A stretch of DNA of 63,564 nucleotides from an uncultured Clostridia bacterium (lineage in GTDB: Bacteria; UBA6262; WVXT01): positions 1 through 63,564 of the forward strand of contig CAYFRM010000040.1 of assembly GCA_964345635.1 (NCBI GenBank), in the 5' to 3' direction. The notes below the pieces were generated by a model. It searched no databases. It was not told where the DNA came from and saw only the letters and a list, made by a program, of their open reading frames with translations. Shown one piece after another: positions 60,104-63,564 of the stretch. A program made the position numbers and the translations under genes. Every line of letters begins with the position of its first letter. Positions within the stretch are counted from its first letter, which is position 1.

Positions 60104-60192
60104 AAATCTGTAGCGTAGCCCTTTACCCCGTTAGAAATTCCCCCAAGAGAATCTCTAACATCCATTTCTAACGGGGTAAAGCCCTACACTAC
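60104..60192. repeat. REPIN-like inverted doublet of GTAG-headed units around a 25-nt spacer
   Basis: Left arm AATCTGTAGCGTAGCCCTTTACCCCGTTAGAAAT. Right arm ATTTCTAACGGGGTAAAGCCCTACACTAC. The 18-bp perfect stem CTTTACCCCGTTAGAAAT/ATTTCTAACGGGGTAAAG can form. The 59-bp core 60118-60176 is 57/59 identical to 38167-38225. Confidence 0.85.
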
Positions 60193-60206
60193 TTTGTATT
60201 CAATTG

Positions 60207-62408
60207 TTATAATTTGCGGGCAATTTTTTCTAAAGTGAAGGCTTCCAGAATGTCGTTTTCTTTTACGTCGTTAAAATTCTCCAGCCCTATTCCGCATTCA
60301 AAACCCGCGTCGACTTCTCTCACGTCATCTTTGAACCTTTTTAAAGAAGCTATTTTACCCTCATAAATTATAACGTTATCCCGCAACAAGCGCACTCTAC
60401 TCTGGCGGGTGATTTTTCCCTTGGTCACGGAACTACCGGCTACCAAACCTACCCTGGGAATTCTGAACGTGCGTTTTACTTCAGCCCTGCCCAGGGGAAT
60501 TTCCTTAAACTCGGGCTCCAGAAGCCCCTCCATCGCTTTCTTCGTTTCCTCAACGGCTTCATAGATAACCCTATAAGTATGGATATCAACTCCTTCTTTT
60601 TCCCCTAATTCCGCAGCGCTCGGCCCGGGACGAACATTAAAGCCAATGATAATTGCATTGGAGGCGGCAGCCAACATCACGTCACTTTCATTGATTCCGC
60701 CTACTCCCCTGTGGACTACGTTTAAAGTTATTTCCTGAGTACTCAATTTTTGCAGAGAATCGCAGAGCGCTTCCACGGAACCCTGAACATCCGCCTTGAC
60801 GATTATTTTGAGTTCCTTAAGCTTTCCCAACGCAATCTGCTCGTGCAAGTCTTCTAATGTAATTCTCCTTCTCCGCGACAGAATCTCTTCCCGTCTGGTT
60901 CTCTGCCGTATCTCACTAATTTCTCTCGCTGCCCTGTCACTCTCCAGGGCATAAAATTTATCCCCGGCTTGCGGTAGACTGGAAAACCCTAGAACCTCTG
61001 CAGGCATGGAAGGACCAATACCTTTGACTTTTCTACCTCTATCGTCAATCATCGCTCTCACTTTACCTGCCGAAAAACCGGAAACAAAAGCATCGCCGAC
61101 TTCCAACGCGCCAGTCTGTACCAAAACAGTAGCTACCGGACCCCGCTGCTTGTCTAATCTCGCCTCAATGACCGTTCCCCGGGCTTTCTTATTAGGATTC
61201 GCCTTTAATTCCAGCATCTCCGCTTCCAAAAGGATCATCTCTAAAAGATTATCCAGGCCAATCTTTTCTTTGGCGGAGACCTCCACAAAAATAGTCTTGC
61301 CGCCCCAGTCCTCAGAAACAAGGTTATATTGACTCAATTCCTGTTTTACCTTTTCCACGTTGGCATTCGGTAAGTCTACCTTATTAACCGCCACCAAAAT
61401 TGGCACTCCCGCCGCGCGGGCATGATCTATGGCTTCTACGGTTTGTGGCTTGGCTCCTTCATCGGCAGCCACAACTAGAACGATTATGTCAGTCACCTGG
61501 GCTCCCCGAGCTCGCATAGCTGTAAAGGCTTCGTGCCCGGGAGTATCCAGAAATACGATATCTCCTTTATCCACGCTGATATGGTATGCTCCGATATGTT
61601 GCGTAATTCCACCCGACTCCTTGGAAATAATCTTGGATTCTCGAATCGCGTCAAGTAACGATGTTTTACCATGGTCTACATGTCCCATTATCGTCACTAT
61701 CGGCGGCCGCGGCTCAAGCAAGGATGCATCTTCTTTTTTCTCTTCCAGAAGTTCTTCCCCGTATAAGGGAACTACCTCTATTCCAAAACCGAACTCCCCG
61801 GCAGCGAGCGTAGCAGTATCAATATCCAGCCTTTGATTGATTGTGGCCAAAATACCCTGGGATAGCAACTTTTTGATAAGTTCACTTACCTTTACTTCCA
61901 TTTTACTGGCTAGCTCGCTCACTGTAATCGTTTCGTCTATCTTAATGATTTTACCTGGAGGCAGGGTAACCTTCTCTTCTTTTAGTTTTTCTGGTACTTC
62001 AGGAACTACTTTTTTCTCTTTTTTAACCTCTTCCACTACAGGGCGTCTTTTCTCGGGGACTTTCTTCTCTGCCGGCTTTGGTATCTCAACCGGAGGCAGA
62101 GGGGTAGGTTTCTCTTTGGTTACCGCCCGTTTAACAGCCTTCTTTCGTCGCGCAACAGGCGCTTTTTTCTTTTTAACGCCAACTTCTTTCTTTTTTGCTA
62201 CCCGGGCGCTTACTTTTTTCCCGGAAACCTTTTTCTTGACAGGAGTTTTCTTCTTTTTCTTGCCGGCAAGGGAACTCTTGACTTTTTTCGCTTCCTGAGC
62301 CGTCAGGGAATCCTCGACGCTTTTCACTTTAATTCTTAACTCCGAAATTTTTGCCAATAATTTCCTGGAAGAAATATTAAGTTCCTTAGCCAGTTCCTTT
62401 ACCTTCAT
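60207..62408 (-). CDS. infB: Translation initiation factor IF-2
   Basis: 733 aa. Lys-rich N-terminal region and a GTPase domain with [20 protein letters not shown] and NKVD. Confidence 0.97.
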   Translation of the reverse strand: MKVKELAKELNISSRKLLAKISELRIKVKSVEDSLTAQEAKKVKSSLAGKKKKKTPVKKKVSGKKVSARVAKKKEVGVKKKKAPVARRKKAVKRAVTKEKPTPLPPVEIPKPAEKKVPEKRRPVVEEVKKEKKVVPEVPEKLKEEKVTLPPGKIIKIDETITVSELASKMEVKVSELIKKLLSQGILATINQRLDIDTATLAAGEFGFGIEVVPLYGEELLEEKKEDASLLEPRPPIVTIMGHVDHGKTSLLDAIRESKIISKESGGITQHIGAYHISVDKGDIVFLDTPGHEAFTAMRARGAQVTDIIVLVVAADEGAKPQTVEAIDHARAAGVPILVAVNKVDLPNANVEKVKQELSQYNLVSEDWGGKTIFVEVSAKEKIGLDNLLEMILLEAEMLELKANPNKKARGTVIEARLDKQRGPVATVLVQTGALEVGDAFVSGFSAGKVRAMIDDRGRKVKGIGPSMPAEVLGFSSLPQAGDKFYALESDRAAREISEIRQRTRREEILSRRRRITLEDLHEQIALGKLKELKIIVKADVQGSVEALCDSLQKLSTQEITLNVVHRGVGGINESDVMLAAASNAIIIGFNVRPGPSAAELGEKEGVDIHTYRVIYEAVEETKKAMEGLLEPEFKEIPLGRAEVKRTFRIPRVGLVAGSSVTKGKITRQSRVRLLRDNVIIYEGKIASLKRFKDDVREVDAGFECGIGLENFNDVKENDILEAFTLEKIARKL

Positions 62409-63564
62409 TTTTCTTGCCTTCTTTCCTAGCAGCCTTGTGAATTTTCTCTGCTAATTTGGCTCCGATTCCGGAAATCTTGGTTAGTTCGGAAATCGAAGAT
62501 GAGGCTATCTTTTTTATGGTCGTAAATCCGTGCTGAGATAAAACCTCGGCCGTGACCTTGCCTACTCCTGAGAGTTTAGTAAGATCGCTAACTGCTACTT
62601 CTTTTGCCTTTTTCATCCGCGATTCGCTCTTGATATCGATATGCCAGCCTGTTAGCCGGGCAGCCAAACGCACGTTTTGACCTGCTTTGCCGATGGCCAA
62701 AGAGAGTTGGTCGTCAGCAACTACTACCAGGGAATTTTTCTTATCTTTTTCCAGAGATACGTTTATTACCTTCGCCGGGCTGAGAGAATTGGCAATATAG
62801 GTGGCGGGGTCCGGGCTATAAGAAATTAAATCCATCCTCTCTCCATTCAATTCATTGATAATTGCCTGAACTCTTGAACCTTTTACTCCTACGCAGGCGC
62901 CCACGGGGTCGACCTTTTCATTATGGGAAAACACGGCCACTTTACACCGGTATCCCGGCTCTCTGACTATTTGTTTTATTTCCACAGTGCGGTCGTTTAC
63001 TTCCGGCACTTCCAATTCATAAAGTCTCTTTACCAAACCCGGATGCGTTCGGGAAACGGTAATCTTCGGGCCGCGTGGCGATTGTTCCACCTTCAATATG
63101 TAAACCTTGAACCTTTCAAAAAGCTCGTACTTATGGTCACGTATCTGCTCCCACTCCGGCAAGGTAGCTTCTACCTTTCCCAAATCGACGATAACGTTCT
63201 TCCGGGCAAACCTCTGAACCACGGCATTAATAGATGTCCCCTCTTTCTCTTTGAACTCCTTGAATAGATTCTCCCTTTCGGTTTCCCGAATGCGCTGGAC
63301 AATTACCTGTTTCGCAGTTTGCGCGGCAATTCTTCCGAACTCTTTGGTCTCCACTTTGATTTTTATCTCGTCACCTACTTTCACTGCCGGGTCCAGCTTC
63401 AATGCTTCTTTTTTCGCTATCTGAATATAAGGGTTTTCTACTTTACTTACCACCTTCTTCTTGACGTAGGCAGTAATCGCTCCGGATTCCGGATCTACGT
63501 GCGCCTCAAATTTCTGCTTTTTTCCGGAATGTTTGCGAAAGGCCGAAGTCAAAGCCGACTCAAT
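62386..63564 (-). CDS. nusA: Transcription termination/antitermination factor NusA (5' end cut by window edge)
   Basis: The reading frame stays open to the window edge ([12 protein letters not shown]...). S1, KH1 and KH2 domains ([26 protein letters not shown]) and a C-terminal HhH. Confidence 0.95.
   Translation of the reverse strand: MESALTSAFRKHSGKKQKFEAHVDPESGAITAYVKKKVVSKVENPYIQIAKKEALKLDPAVKVGDEIKIKVETKEFGRIAAQTAKQVIVQRIRETERENLFKEFKEKEGTSINAVVQRFARKNVIVDLGKVEATLPEWEQIRDHKYELFERFKVYILKVEQSPRGPKITVSRTHPGLVKRLYELEVPEVNDRTVEIKQIVREPGYRCKVAVFSHNEKVDPVGACVGVKGSRVQAIINELNGERMDLISYSPDPATYIANSLSPAKVINVSLEKDKKNSLVVVADDQLSLAIGKAGQNVRLAARLTGWHIDIKSESRMKKAKEVAVSDLTKLSGVGKVTAEVLSQHGFTTIKKIASSSISELTKISGIGAKLAEKIHKAARKEGKKNEGKGTG

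Noticed and set aside
59794-60165. Full 123-aa version of the DUF503 ORF.
   Set aside because: The first 27 codons run through the REPIN-like repeat (60104-60192) and have no counterpart in the roughly 95-aa family. The internal ATG at 60084 was chosen instead.

Overview
This is a 63.6-kb, very gene-dense chromosomal segment from a diderm bacterium. Omp85-type and other outer-membrane (OM) barrels, LolA and TolB-like repeats are present. No taxon can be assigned without a database search. All family calls rest on motifs I recognised by eye in the translations. I support about 56 CDS and one tRNA, and found no rRNA and no CRISPR.

Layout: positions 1-6224 carry tRNA-Arg(CCU) and six + strand genes: a PHP phosphoesterase, a TPR protein, two OM beta-barrels, a GH57 glycosidase, and small membrane and HTH proteins. 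From 6531 to the right edge every credible gene is on the - strand:
- cstA
- a housekeeping string: pheA-hisC-aroF-[RAYT]-tyrA-aroA-cmk-plsC-ispH-rpsA-946-aa OM protein
- scpAB, trpS, an M50 protease and a DHH-CCA fusion
- DUF362/cupin/Fe-ADH, a TPR metallopeptidase and a stand-alone GMP synthase B subunit
- a six-gene MoxR/DUF58/vWA/DUF4159/coiled-coil operon
- xerD, recA, pgpA-pgsA-rodZ, lolA-ftsK, uppP and accB
- the nusA-infB-DUF503-rbfA-nrnA-truB-ribF-GGDEF-rpsO-pnp string (nusA is cut by the window edge)

Most noteworthy:
1. The functionally uncharacterised MoxR/triple-vWA/giant coiled-coil envelope operon.
2. A REP-associated tyrosine transposase (RAYT) wedged into the aromatic amino-acid operon, whose flanking hairpin repeat encodes the first codons of tyrA.
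3. A second, modular GTAG-headed repeat family with REPIN-like inverted doublets and (AATCTGT)n heptad arrays, sitting in operon-internal gaps.
4. A dif-like 28-mer exactly at the only strand switch of the window.
5. Unusual domain fusions: peptidase + beta-propeller + Omp85 barrel, Rossmann-GAF-GGDEF, and DHH-CCA.
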